Below the pieces are notes generated by a model. The model did no database searches and was not told the DNA's origin. It saw nothing but the letters and a program-made list of their open reading frames with translations. Positions 40,692 through 49,847 of a DNA stretch of 63,667 bases are shown one piece after another (position 1 is the stretch's first letter; the number at the start of each line of letters is the position of its first letter). The stretch covers positions 1 through 63,667 of the forward strand of contig PFAC01000054.1 in the NCBI GenBank assembly GCA_002773835.1, written 5' to 3'. Source of the stretch: Chlamydiae bacterium CG10_big_fil_rev_8_21_14_0_10_35_9. Lineage in GTDB: Bacteria; Chlamydiota; Chlamydiia; Chlamydiales; SM23-39. Both the position numbers and the translations under genes were made by a program.

Positions 40692-40958
40692 ATGAATGGT
40701 AGATATCAGAAAATTTTAGACATCTTGAGGTATATCATGAAATGCATTGGAAGCATAAAAAGCAAATGGCGTCGTAATAGGCCTCTTTGTGGAGCTAAGT
40801 GTCGGGATGGGCATACATGTAAGGCAAAGGCTGTAGTAAATCCTAATACAGATCAACCAGTCAATGGACGTTGTAGGATATACGGAGGTTTAAGTACAGG
40901 AGCTAAAACTAAGATGGGAAGGGAAAAATGTAAGCAAGCTGCAAAAAAAGGATGCTAA
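40692..40958 (+). CDS. HGGxSTG-domain-like small Cys-rich protein
   Basis: 'CGAKCRDGHTCKAKAV...GRCRIYGGLSTGAKTKMG' resembles the 'C..C....C....RCR.HGG.STGP.T' motif of phage/plasmid small proteins, with His replaced by Tyr. Confidence 0.5.
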   Translation: MNGRYQKILDILRYIMKCIGSIKSKWRRNRPLCGAKCRDGHTCKAKAVVNPNTDQPVNGRCRIYGGLSTGAKTKMGREKCKQAAKKGC

Positions 40959-41197
40959 AATATTGGCAACAAAAGAAGAAAGGTTAATATCAGATGTATG
41001 ATTTGCCGTCAAAAAAACTTCTCATCAATTAATTGATGATCTTACTTTTTTTAGTTTGCCTTATGATTACAAAAAGTCTTTATTTTGTTCTCTTATAGGA
41101 TTTAAGTTGAAATTTTTTTCTTGAATTGACGGTATATTTAAAAATTTTGAATAGTATCGTCACTTAAATTTTTTTTAATAATAACAATGAGGTAAAT

Positions 41198-41896
41198 ATG
41201 GCAGCAGCAAGTCCCGTTTATCCCTATACTATTAGGGGAGAGTCAGCACGTGAACACCCTGATCGGTTTACTCAAATATATCAGCTAGAAGTTCATTCTG
41301 GCACAGGAGAAACAATTGAGGTCGCTATTGACCCAGCTGTATATCGAGACGATTGGGATCAGCCGTACGAAGAAGATTTAAATCATTATCTTCATTGCAA
41401 TGACCGGTTTTATAACGACAGAATTATTATGAGAGATGCTGTCTTTTTAAATGATAGAAGGTATGAGGATCCTAATTTTAGAGCTCATCAAGTGGAAAGA
41501 TATTTTACTGATAAAATGGAGCCCAGGTCGCATGAACTTGCTTGGATACATGCTTTATGTCCAGAAGAAGTAAGGTCATATGCAGAAGAACATAATTATA
41601 GTCAATATACGGAACAATTCCAGAATTTTAGAACTGCTTTAATGGATCGTTATATACAAAAAAAACAAAAAGAAAGACTTGATGCAATGAATCCTCTTGA
41701 TAGAACAGTAATGAAGGCTATATATGCACTTACTGATTTCAATGAAAAAATCATAGATTTTGTAGGAGATAAAAATGACCCAGAAGCTCAAGGGAAAAGA
41801 AAAATTGCAAGAAGCTGCATTAATCTGACTTATACAGCTGGATCTTTGTTTTTTTTTCGGTATTTACTGGGTTCAGCTTACTCAAAACCGCGTTAA
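41198..41896 (+). CDS. Hypothetical protein
   Basis: 232-aa ORF, acidic and aromatic-rich, with a C-terminal hydrophobic tail 'LTYTAGSLFFFRYLLGSAY'. No recognised domain. Confidence 0.45.
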   Translation: MAAASPVYPYTIRGESAREHPDRFTQIYQLEVHSGTGETIEVAIDPAVYRDDWDQPYEEDLNHYLHCNDRFYNDRIIMRDAVFLNDRRYEDPNFRAHQVERYFTDKMEPRSHELAWIHALCPEEVRSYAEEHNYSQYTEQFQNFRTALMDRYIQKKQKERLDAMNPLDRTVMKAIYALTDFNEKIIDFVGDKNDPEAQGKRKIARSCINLTYTAGSLFFFRYLLGSAYSKPR

Positions 41897-42066
41897 TATT
41901 TTTAGGAACTTCTGTTTTATTAGGATATTGGCACGATTTAGTAAATGCAAGTAAGTCATAGTAAATGTTGATTCATATGATTAGAGACTATTAAGCTGAG
42001 ATGGAAGGCAGCTTTTTAGAAAGCATAAGAGCTACATAAAAATTTGAAGATGATTTTCAGATTAAA

Positions 42067-42411
42067 ATGAATAATAAAGTCAATGAACCTAAAAAAAAGA
42101 TAACTCATCATAGAGCTTTAGCATATCTTTTGCAGAATCGAGTTATTTCTTCTTATGGAAAACTGATAGGTAAAGAATATGAGAATCTTGATTCCATAGA
42201 TGGTAAGTCAGCTTGGTGTGATTTTGCTGCACAAGACGAATGGGGTGAAGTTGTTTTAGCTTATCAAGAAAATTTACCTGTGCAGTTTTTATGGAAAAAT
42301 TTGTTTTATATAAGTCTTTCTGAGATGGAAGAAATGTATAATGTAAAATTGATGAAAAAACATTACCATCATCTTCATCTGAAGATTGTATGTCACCTAC
42401 AATTAAATTAA
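42067..42411 (+). CDS. Hypothetical protein
   Basis: ORF only; overlaps the next ORF by 22 nt. Confidence 0.35.
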   Translation: MNNKVNEPKKKITHHRALAYLLQNRVISSYGKLIGKEYENLDSIDGKSAWCDFAAQDEWGEVVLAYQENLPVQFLWKNLFYISLSEMEEMYNVKLMKKHYHHLHLKIVCHLQLN

Positions 42412-42722
42412 ATACTCAAAATGCAGTTCTGGAAAGCTTAGAAAAAAAACTTAGTAAAAAATATCCCTTTCTTAAAAAAGGATATAAAGAAAAAGGAACG
42501 CTGATAATAGGGATTATAGATCCACTCTTTGGAGGATTTATTAATGATATTGAGATAAAATTTAAAAGTTTTGATTTAAATTCTTTAGAAGAAGAAGCAA
42601 TAAGACTTTCTAAGAAAAGTTGTTTTGATAAAGTCTTGATTGTAGATGGATTGAGGGAGTTTTATTTAAACCCTCAGCAAGATGCTTATCAATTACTTCC
42701 GTTAAAAAATAATAATTATTAA
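42390..42722 (+). CDS. Hypothetical protein
   Basis: ORF only. Confidence 0.35.
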   Translation: MSPTIKLNTQNAVLESLEKKLSKKYPFLKKGYKEKGTLIIGIIDPLFGGFINDIEIKFKSFDLNSLEEEAIRLSKKSCFDKVLIVDGLREFYLNPQQDAYQLLPLKNNNY

Positions 42723-42751
42723 GGAGGTTCCTGAATCAAGTAAAAAGATTT

Positions 42752-43237
42752 CTATCTTTTGTAATTTTGTTTATATTCCTCAGCTAAAAGAACCAAGTCC
42801 ATTTTATCCTGACGATTTGATTTCAAAATTGGATATGTACTATATATAAGTTTTAAAAATTCTGTGTAGTTCATGTGTTTTGTTACAGATAATACATAAT
42901 CAACGATTTTACGATCTTTTTCGGAGAGAAGTTGATTTGCTTTATTTATATCTATCGGCTCTTTTAAAGAGATTTTTTCAGCAGTATTGCCGTAGTTGTT
43001 GATATATTTTTGAATAACAAAATATGAAGATTTATCTAGTTCGTTAATGATTTCTTTTACGTAAGGTCCATAATGATTAAATATCCACTTAATGTCGGTT
43101 ATTTGTTGTTTGTTATTAATTGCCGACTTCCAATCAACAAGGTAGATCAATTTTACTAATCTAGCTTTTGATAAAAGCGTTTTAAGATTGGTAGAACAAT
43201 AGCAAATATAAAGAGATAGATTTATTAATGGTGTCAT
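42752..43237 (-). CDS. Panacea (DUF4065, SocA/GepA-like) domain protein, putative antitoxin
   Basis: 'LSKARLVKLIYLVDWKSAINNKQQITDIKWIFNHYGPYVKEI' fits the Panacea core pattern (KL.KLLY..D......G..IT......W..GPV). Its start codon directly abuts the upstream stop (…ATG TAA ATG…). Confidence 0.65.
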   Translation of the reverse strand: MTPLINLSLYICYCSTNLKTLLSKARLVKLIYLVDWKSAINNKQQITDIKWIFNHYGPYVKEIINELDKSSYFVIQKYINNYGNTAEKISLKEPIDINKANQLLSEKDRKIVDYVLSVTKHMNYTEFLKLIYSTYPILKSNRQDKMDLVLLAEEYKQNYKR

Positions 43238-44074
43238 TTACATACCTAATTTAGTAGTATCTTCAAAAGAAGGGCCTATGTATTCTCTATACATGTCAAG
43301 GTCTTCCCTAAGGTTGATGCCAAGATCATCATTTAAAACTTTTGAGATCTTCCTTTCTTTTAATTGGGTTGGGCTAAGACTTTCAAATACAATAATCATA
43401 TGTTTTTGATGTCCACGTCGAATGGGTAGGGCAAAAATATTTCGGCTTTTCATAGTTAAGTTCGTAACTGAAGCTTTTGTTTTCATTCTTCCCACTTTGG
43501 AAGACATTTGAGCCTCAATCCAACCTTTTTCATCATTATTGGGATCAGGTAAATTTTCTATATAACATTTGTTTTTATGATAAGCCGCTCCAATTACTCC
43601 TTCATTATCAGGATAAAAAGCTCGACCTTTCTTTTTAAATTCTGGATCATCAGAGTGTCTATACAGTAAGATAAATTTATCCTTGGAATGGCAGTAAAGA
43701 GATACTCGCACTAATGGATCGTGAAGAAACTCTAGCCTTTTTAATATAGGTTCAAGTGAATGAGTTATCAAATTTTCGTAGAACTTTAGGGGCTGGTCTT
43801 GATCATCTGCTATTTCAAATAAATTGTTGATGTTGTTTATTAAGGTTTTATTTCGGGTTTTGTCTCGTTTACCTTGAGAAATAGTTCTTGATAATGACTT
43901 TTTATTTTTACAACTAAATATTATACAAATAATAAGTAAAATAACTCCAATTATATTTGCATTTTTAAGTGGGGTAAATAAGAGACTTCCGCTTATGATT
44001 GCTAAGGCTTCAACAAATCCTTCTCCCCATACCAGCTTATTTCTAAGAATACTTTTCAGAATTCGTTCTAACAT
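43238..44074 (-). CDS. 2-TM membrane protein with a C-terminal GAF-like domain, putative toxin/effector partner
   Basis: TM segments 'FVEALAIISGSLLF' and 'IIGVILLIICIIF'. GAF-like core 'VRVSLYCH...DNEGVIGAAYHKNKCYIENLPDP...SRNIFALPIRRGHQKHMIIVFES'. Confidence 0.5.
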   Translation of the reverse strand: MLERILKSILRNKLVWGEGFVEALAIISGSLLFTPLKNANIIGVILLIICIIFSCKNKKSLSRTISQGKRDKTRNKTLINNINNLFEIADDQDQPLKFYENLITHSLEPILKRLEFLHDPLVRVSLYCHSKDKFILLYRHSDDPEFKKKGRAFYPDNEGVIGAAYHKNKCYIENLPDPNNDEKGWIEAQMSSKVGRMKTKASVTNLTMKSRNIFALPIRRGHQKHMIIVFESLSPTQLKERKISKVLNDDLGINLREDLDMYREYIGPSFEDTTKLGM

Positions 44075-44294
44075 TTTTAAAATTAAAAATTAAATTTAAA
44101 GGAGCTTAGCATTAGTCGGAAATTAACTCTATCTTTATACCGGAATATTGCCGGAATGGATAATTACCAAAAGTTAATCTTGATCAATTTAAGTGACCAA
44201 TATTTCCTAGAAAAAATCTACTTTCCTCTATACACTTTATCAAGCAAAGGTGATTAAAGGTCACTTTGAGTAATTGTCAGTAAGGCTTTTTCAA

Positions 44295-44531
44295 GACTGA
44301 AAATCCTTGTGTCGCCAGTTCGATTCTGGCTCTGGCCACCACGTCACTTGCCGAAAGAATGCCGGAATATTACCGGAGCACAATTTCCTTAAATCATCCA
44401 AGCAGGGTTGCAACATATATTGTTGTTATCCGTTTTGGAGTGTCAATTTCGTTAAAATTACGGCATTTTTTAAACACTCTTTTTAACTAACTTAAAATCA
44501 AGAGCAAAGATGAATTTGTCTAAGGGTTATT
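44295..44531 (+). repeat. Direct repeat copy B (pseudo-tRNA-Phe 3' half 44295-44341 plus flank)
   Basis: Offset of 5090 bp from copy A. No tRNA 5' half lies upstream. Runs directly into the start of the 44535 gene. Confidence 0.9.
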
Positions 44532-44534
44532 TAT

Positions 44535-44885
44535 ATGAAAAAAACTGAAAATTTGTTCTCTTATGGAACATTGAGGTATGAAAAGGTTCAACTTGCTACA
44601 TTTGGTCGAAAATTAAAAGGAAAAGAAGACAGTCTTCCAGGTTATTACCTAGAAAAGCTTGAAATTACAGATCCTGACGTGATTGTAAAAAGTGGAGAGA
44701 ATATTCACTCGATTATTCGATTTTCAGGAAATCCTGAAGATCGAATTCCTGGCATAGTATTCAAAGTTTCTTTGGAAGAACTAGATCAAGCTGATAAATA
44801 TGAAGTAGCGGATTATAAAAGAATTCTAGTTCAATTATTGTCAGGCTTGTTTGCTTGGGTTTATGTCAGTGCCAAAAATCCTTAA
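44535..44885 (+). CDS. Gamma-glutamylcyclotransferase/AIG2-like family protein
   Basis: N-terminal 'LFSYGTLR' motif, about 115 aa, later 'YEVADYKRILV'. Confidence 0.55.
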   Translation: MKKTENLFSYGTLRYEKVQLATFGRKLKGKEDSLPGYYLEKLEITDPDVIVKSGENIHSIIRFSGNPEDRIPGIVFKVSLEELDQADKYEVADYKRILVQLLSGLFAWVYVSAKNP

Positions 44886-44906
44886 GGTCTATAAATCTAA
44901 ACATCA

Positions 44907-44934
44907 TGTCGCCAGTTCGATTCTGGCTTTGGCC
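44907..44934 (+). repeat. Degenerate third copy of the tRNA-Phe T-arm/acceptor 3' end
   Basis: tgtcgccagttcgattctggctTtggcc matches 39220-39247 at 27 of 28 positions. Confidence 0.8.
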
Positions 44935-45028
44935 GTTATGTTTCTAGCTAAAGCATCAACTGCCTTCATGCAAGTAGATCTGAAGCCTGTTTTTTCCGTT
45001 TTAAAGTTATAGACATGATACTAAACAT

Positions 45029-46735
45029 CTAATCTTGTACAAGTTCACTTGCCCTTTTTAAAGCTTGATCAAAGTGTGGAAATATCATTTGTTCTTGATC
45101 AGATTCTAGCAAATCAAATTTTTTGATAGTGTGTAATACGGATTTATTTACGCCTGAAAGGATGAGGGAGATATGATCTCTCTTACATTTGTTTACTAAT
45201 TCTCTTAATGCATGCATTCCAGTTGCGTCGATCACAGGAACTTGTCGCATTCGCAAAATAAATACTTTAGGCGGAAATTTAATATTAGAAAGGATGTCCC
45301 TTAAACTATCTGCTAAACCGAAAAATAAAGGTCCTGTTACTTCATAAACTTCTACACCATTGGGAATAGCGGATTGCTCAAGTGACTCTTGATTGACTTC
45401 TTCATTTTCAATAGGTTCATCTTTCAAAAAATATAATGGGGCAATTTGTGAAACATCCTCAATCCTTTTTATAAATAAAAAAGCAGAGAGCACAATTCCA
45501 ACTTCTACTGCAATCGTCAAATCAACTAAAACTGTAAGTAGAAAAGTCACTAGCAATATGGCTATATCATACGGTGGTGCTTTAAATAGATTTCGAAAGT
45601 GGTGGTACTCACTCATATTCCAAGCTACCATTACCAGGACAGCTGAAAGGGATGCTAGAGGGATTTGGCTAACGATAGGTGCAAAAATAAGTAAGATTAG
45701 AAGTAATGTTGCTGAGTGAATTATCCCAGCAAAGGGGGTTTTTGAACCTGATTTGATACTTGTTGCCGTACGGGCTATGGCGCCTGTTGCAGGTATGCCT
45801 CCAAATAATACAGAACCAATGTTGGCTATTCCTACAGCCATCAGTTCGCAATTTGATTTATGGCGTCGTCCTGTCATCCCATCAGCAACTATTGCAGAAA
45901 GAAGCGATTCGATGCCCGCTAAAAATGCTATTGTGAGGGCCTCCGGGATTAGATTATACCACCTATCAAATGGAGTTAAAAAATTAGAAAGTGAAAAAGC
46001 TGGGAAGCTTCTAGGAATTTCTCCGAAGCGTGAAGCTATAGTTTCTACAGGTAGTTCTAAGATCCATGAAAGCCCCCCAGCTAGAGCAATTGCTGTAATT
46101 CCCCAAGGCAAAACAGGAAAAAAACGACGTATAAGTATTATCAGTAGAAGAGAACCAGCTGCTACACCAAAAGTTATGGGGTGCCATGAGGAAAATGAGG
46201 AAAAAATCGCTATGCATTTAGGAATAAATTCAGCGGGAAGGTTTTGGATATTTAGGCCAAAGAAATCTTTAATTTGAGAAACAAAAATAATAACAGCGAT
46301 GCCTGAGGTAAATCCAACAACTAATGGGTAAGGGATGTATTTGATTAATGTTCCGAGTCGAAAAAATGCAAAAGCTAGAAGAATAAGTCCTGCAAGGATA
46401 GTAGCAAGGACTAATCCAGTATACCCATGATTATGAACAATATTGTAGATGATAACAACAAAGGCTCCTGTTGGGCCTCCTATTTGCGAGTAACTACCTC
46501 CCAATAGCGAAATAATGAAACCTGCAATGATTGCTGTGTACAAACCGCTTACAGGAGACAGCCCTGATGCAATAGCAAAGGCCATAGCAAGTGGAAGAGC
46601 TATAATTCCAACAGTTACTCCCCCAATTAAGTCATGCTTAAACAAATTGAAAGTATATTTGTTTTTAAGGCAAATCCACGTTTTAGGGGTAAATTCTATT
46701 AATCTTTGAACAAATTTCTCTCGCTTATTTTTCAT
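45029..46735 (-). CDS. SulP-family anion transporter with a C-terminal STAS domain
   Basis: 'DLIGGVTVGIIALPLAMAFAIASG' and 'NCELMAVGIANIGSVLFGGIPATGAIARTA'. STAS tail 'GPLFFGLADSL...VFILRMRQVPVIDATG'. Confidence 0.9.
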   Translation of the reverse strand: MKNKREKFVQRLIEFTPKTWICLKNKYTFNLFKHDLIGGVTVGIIALPLAMAFAIASGLSPVSGLYTAIIAGFIISLLGGSYSQIGGPTGAFVVIIYNIVHNHGYTGLVLATILAGLILLAFAFFRLGTLIKYIPYPLVVGFTSGIAVIIFVSQIKDFFGLNIQNLPAEFIPKCIAIFSSFSSWHPITFGVAAGSLLLIILIRRFFPVLPWGITAIALAGGLSWILELPVETIASRFGEIPRSFPAFSLSNFLTPFDRWYNLIPEALTIAFLAGIESLLSAIVADGMTGRRHKSNCELMAVGIANIGSVLFGGIPATGAIARTATSIKSGSKTPFAGIIHSATLLLILLIFAPIVSQIPLASLSAVLVMVAWNMSEYHHFRNLFKAPPYDIAILLVTFLLTVLVDLTIAVEVGIVLSAFLFIKRIEDVSQIAPLYFLKDEPIENEEVNQESLEQSAIPNGVEVYEVTGPLFFGLADSLRDILSNIKFPPKVFILRMRQVPVIDATGMHALRELVNKCKRDHISLILSGVNKSVLHTIKKFDLLESDQEQMIFPHFDQALKRASELVQD

Positions 46736-46965
46736 TCAATAGTTGGCTTGTCCCAGGTTGTTGGGTACAAAGGTTTATGCAAGGTAGCACAATTGATGGA
46801 CAAATTCAACTAAAAGTAGGTTGATTTAGAATATATCCAGAGTAGCTAATTTCTTAGAACCGTTTTAATCTTAAGTAACTATCTGAGCTCGAGAAAAATG
46901 GATGTTACCATATAAGACGTGGCGTTCAGCGGATTTAAATCCAAAAGAAGACTGCATTGTGAAGT

Positions 46966-47907
46966 TCACAAATTACTCAATACCGCAGTTGCAATTTGGA
47001 GATCCTGAACTGCTATCCCAGTTAATGAAGCTACTGTAATCTCATCATTTGAAATGCGTCCTTTGGAAGGGTCTGTAATTACTTCTCCAAGTTCAATAAG
47101 ATTGTCTTCACTTAAAAGGTGTTGTTGCAATGCGAAAGAAACATCACCGAATTGTTTGCATTGAACCTTGCTGTCCACAATTATTTTTTGGGCTTTAGAA
47201 AAGATTTTAGGATCGAGTTCTTGTTTGCCCACATCATCAGCTCCGATAGCAGTGATATGAGTTCCGGGTTTGATGTGTTTTTCTAATAGTAATGGAAAGT
47301 GAGATGATGTAGTGGTTACAATTAGGTTAGAAGAAGATGCTAATTCTTCTATCGTTTTAGCTATCTCTATATTCCATTCTTGCAGTCTTGGGTCGTTTTT
47401 TAACTGCTGCGCTTTTGAAGCGGTACGTCCCCAGACCATTACTTTTCGACAGTTAGTTGCATAGCGAAGTAGTTGCAATTGATAAAAAGCTTGAGCTCCT
47501 GTTCCAATAATTCCAATACAAGAAATCTCTTTTGGAGCGAGATATTTAGCGGCAATACATCCAGTAGCAGCGGTTCGGATGTCCGTTAAATAGCCTTCAT
47601 CTAAGAAAATAGAAACAGGCTTTCCTGTTTTTTGATCAAAGAGCAATAACAGACCATTCCCAGATGGAATTCCTAGTTTAGGATTCTCAGGAAAGCCCGA
47701 AGCTATTTTTACAATGTAATAAGGAGCGTTTTGGATATATCCATATTTTATATGACAATCTCCGGGAGGACTAGAAAAATGCATAGAGCCAATGGGAGGA
47801 ACTACAGCTTTTTTTTGGCTATAGAGAATAAATCCTCGCTCTATTTCTTCTAAGACTTTGAGAATGGAAAGAGCTCTTTCGATTTGCTTTCTTGTAAAGA
47901 TATTCAT
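46966..47907 (-). CDS. Ornithine cyclodeaminase/mu-crystallin-family NAD(P) enzyme
   Basis: 313 aa with 'YLTDIRTAA' and Rossmann 'IGIIGTGAQAFYQLQLL'. Confidence 0.8.
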   Translation of the reverse strand: MNIFTRKQIERALSILKVLEEIERGFILYSQKKAVVPPIGSMHFSSPPGDCHIKYGYIQNAPYYIVKIASGFPENPKLGIPSGNGLLLLFDQKTGKPVSIFLDEGYLTDIRTAATGCIAAKYLAPKEISCIGIIGTGAQAFYQLQLLRYATNCRKVMVWGRTASKAQQLKNDPRLQEWNIEIAKTIEELASSSNLIVTTTSSHFPLLLEKHIKPGTHITAIGADDVGKQELDPKIFSKAQKIIVDSKVQCKQFGDVSFALQQHLLSEDNLIELGEVITDPSKGRISNDEITVASLTGIAVQDLQIATAVLSNL

Positions 47908-49025
47908 TTTCTGTATTTTTGAAGGAATGCTTCAAAACGTTTTAATATTTCAGGCATATTCTTTCTTCCAAATCCAATTCGAAAGTAATTACCGGGAAGA
48001 CCTACTACGCTTCCAGGCATGATGAGAATACCTTCTTTTTCAGCGAGTTCTTTGGAAAAATCCTCAATAGAGATGGGAAGTAAGAGCTTGATGACTCCAA
48101 TAGTGCCACTTTGGGGACGAACCCACTTTAGGATATCTTGGTTACGGTCCATGAAAGCATCCAAGATGTCTAAATTCTCTAAAATAAGTTTTCGGTTTCT
48201 AGCTAAGATGTGCTTTTTTGCCCTAAGAGCAATTAAAGCTAGGATTTCGCTGGGAGCGCTATTGCAAATAGATGTATAAAGCTTATATGAACTAACACTG
48301 TCTATAAATTTTTTATCTTGGGAAACTATCCATCCAATGCGAAGACCAGCTAGACCGAAAGATTTTGTCATGACATTGAGCGTAATTCCTTTTTCATAGG
48401 CATCAGCAATGGAGGGGAGTCTCTTTGTTTCGTCAATTTCAAGAAATCGGTACACTTCATCACAAAAAATATACGCATCATGCTTTCTAGCTAGCTGAAT
48501 AATGCCTTCAAAAACCTCTTTTGATAATAAGCTTCCGGTAGGATTGTGGGGGTAGTTGAGAACAATAAGTTTTGTATTTTCTTGAAAAACCTGTTCAACT
48601 TCTTCAAGGTCTAATTGCCAATTATTTTCAGCTATTAAAGAAATACTAGAAACTTTTCCTCCAAAAGAAGAAGGTAAAGTTTTTAGGGACTGATAACAAG
48701 GGTCGATCGCAATAATGTGATCATTTGGCTCTATAAGAGTTCTCATGGAACAATAAATGCCTTCTTCAGCACCTGCAAAGGTAAAGACTTGATCGCTTTT
48801 TATTTTTGTATAAAGCTTGCAAATCTCTTCTCTTAAGAGAGGATGTCCGGGGACTTCTGTATATCCCAATGATAAAGTTTCCCATATTTGTTTAGACTCT
48901 GGATCAGCAAGCTTTAAAAGTTCTTGGAGTTTCCAGCTTTCAGGATCGGAGCAACATAATAAATAGGGTGTGGAAAATTCATATTTTTTCCAGAATTCTT
49001 CTAATTTAAAGGGCGGAAGTTTCAT
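47904..49025 (-). CDS. Class I/II PLP-dependent aminotransferase
   Basis: 'LNYPHNPTGS', 'IFCDEVY' and 'TKSFGLAGLRIGW' (Lys). Confidence 0.85.
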   Translation of the reverse strand: MKLPPFKLEEFWKKYEFSTPYLLCCSDPESWKLQELLKLADPESKQIWETLSLGYTEVPGHPLLREEICKLYTKIKSDQVFTFAGAEEGIYCSMRTLIEPNDHIIAIDPCYQSLKTLPSSFGGKVSSISLIAENNWQLDLEEVEQVFQENTKLIVLNYPHNPTGSLLSKEVFEGIIQLARKHDAYIFCDEVYRFLEIDETKRLPSIADAYEKGITLNVMTKSFGLAGLRIGWIVSQDKKFIDSVSSYKLYTSICNSAPSEILALIALRAKKHILARNRKLILENLDILDAFMDRNQDILKWVRPQSGTIGVIKLLLPISIEDFSKELAEKEGILIMPGSVVGLPGNYFRIGFGRKNMPEILKRFEAFLQKYRK

Positions 49026-49627
49026 AAATCTCCTTTTAAGTAATTGTAGACGCTCGCGCGTGAAATTTTTATAACATCTGCAATGTAAGTTGCAGCATTT
49101 TTTGCTTCAAAAGCTCCTTCTTTATGCAGAAGTTGGATGAGGATTTGTTTATCTTTTCGAGTAAGTGTTGCAAGCTCCAGTGACCTTTGTTGTAAATAGT
49201 TAGAAACATAACTATTGATTTTTTCCCTCCAATCATTTTCAAAGAGAAAGTCTGAAACATTTTCTGACTCTTGAACAAAACCTTGAATAAAGTGTTGAAT
49301 TTCTTCCCACTTTGACAAATCAAGGTTGATACAAAAAAGCCCTATGGGTTTTTGTTTAGAGTCTCGAATAACAGCTGTTACAGATTTTGTTTTTCTTCCA
49401 TTCCAATTTGTTTTGATATAAGGAGGGAAAATATCCTTATTTTGAGGTATTTGATCTTCTTTCCCTAGCAAAGATTCATCTCCTCTTTTTCTTTTTGAAT
49501 AACTGTTGAAAATTTCTCGAATACACCCCGTTTTGAGGTCATGGATTACAACCTCTACATGAGGAGAAAAGAGGAGGGTTAAAGCCTCTGCTATGGAGGT
49601 ATATCGGTCTAATTCATTCATATTCAC
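49022..49627 (-). CDS. YheO-like regulator (PAS-like N-domain plus C-terminal HTH)
   Basis: 'IAEALTLLFSPHVEVVIHDLKTG.I..I.N' N-domain and a C-terminal 'AATYIADVIKISRASVYNYLK'. Confidence 0.65.
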   Translation of the reverse strand: MNMNELDRYTSIAEALTLLFSPHVEVVIHDLKTGCIREIFNSYSKRKRGDESLLGKEDQIPQNKDIFPPYIKTNWNGRKTKSVTAVIRDSKQKPIGLFCINLDLSKWEEIQHFIQGFVQESENVSDFLFENDWREKINSYVSNYLQQRSLELATLTRKDKQILIQLLHKEGAFEAKNAATYIADVIKISRASVYNYLKGDL

Positions 49628-49797
49628 GGCCCTTTAATAGATATTAAAGTCTATTTTAGACTATTTTGTCTATTTTTACTAAATAAATCTTATTTTGAAT
49701 AGGATGGGATTATCTAAAGTAATTGGGCGTAAGCTATTTATGTGACTTTAAAAAGTGTTCCTAAATATTAGTATTTTAGAAAGGTCTTGCCTTGAAA

Positions 49798-49813
49798 TAC
49801 TACAATCGTAGTA
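49798..49813. promoter_or_regulatory. BlaI/MecI/CopY-type operator (imperfect palindrome)
   Basis: TACTACAATCGTAGTA, 35 nt upstream of the blaI-like start. Overlaps a TAATAT -10-like hexamer. Confidence 0.6.
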
Positions 49814-49847
49814 ATATCGCTGAAGTAAAAAATATAGGAGATATTCA

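Noticed and set aside
45753-46277. 174-aa ORF antisense to the SulP transporter gene. The same applies to other antisense ORFs such as 12890-13291 in carB, 35305-35607 in fusA and 5743-6072 in pyrB.
   Set aside because: They lie fully inside strongly supported genes on the opposite strand. Their composition is low-complexity and mirrors the sense gene. They have no RBS or recognisable domain.
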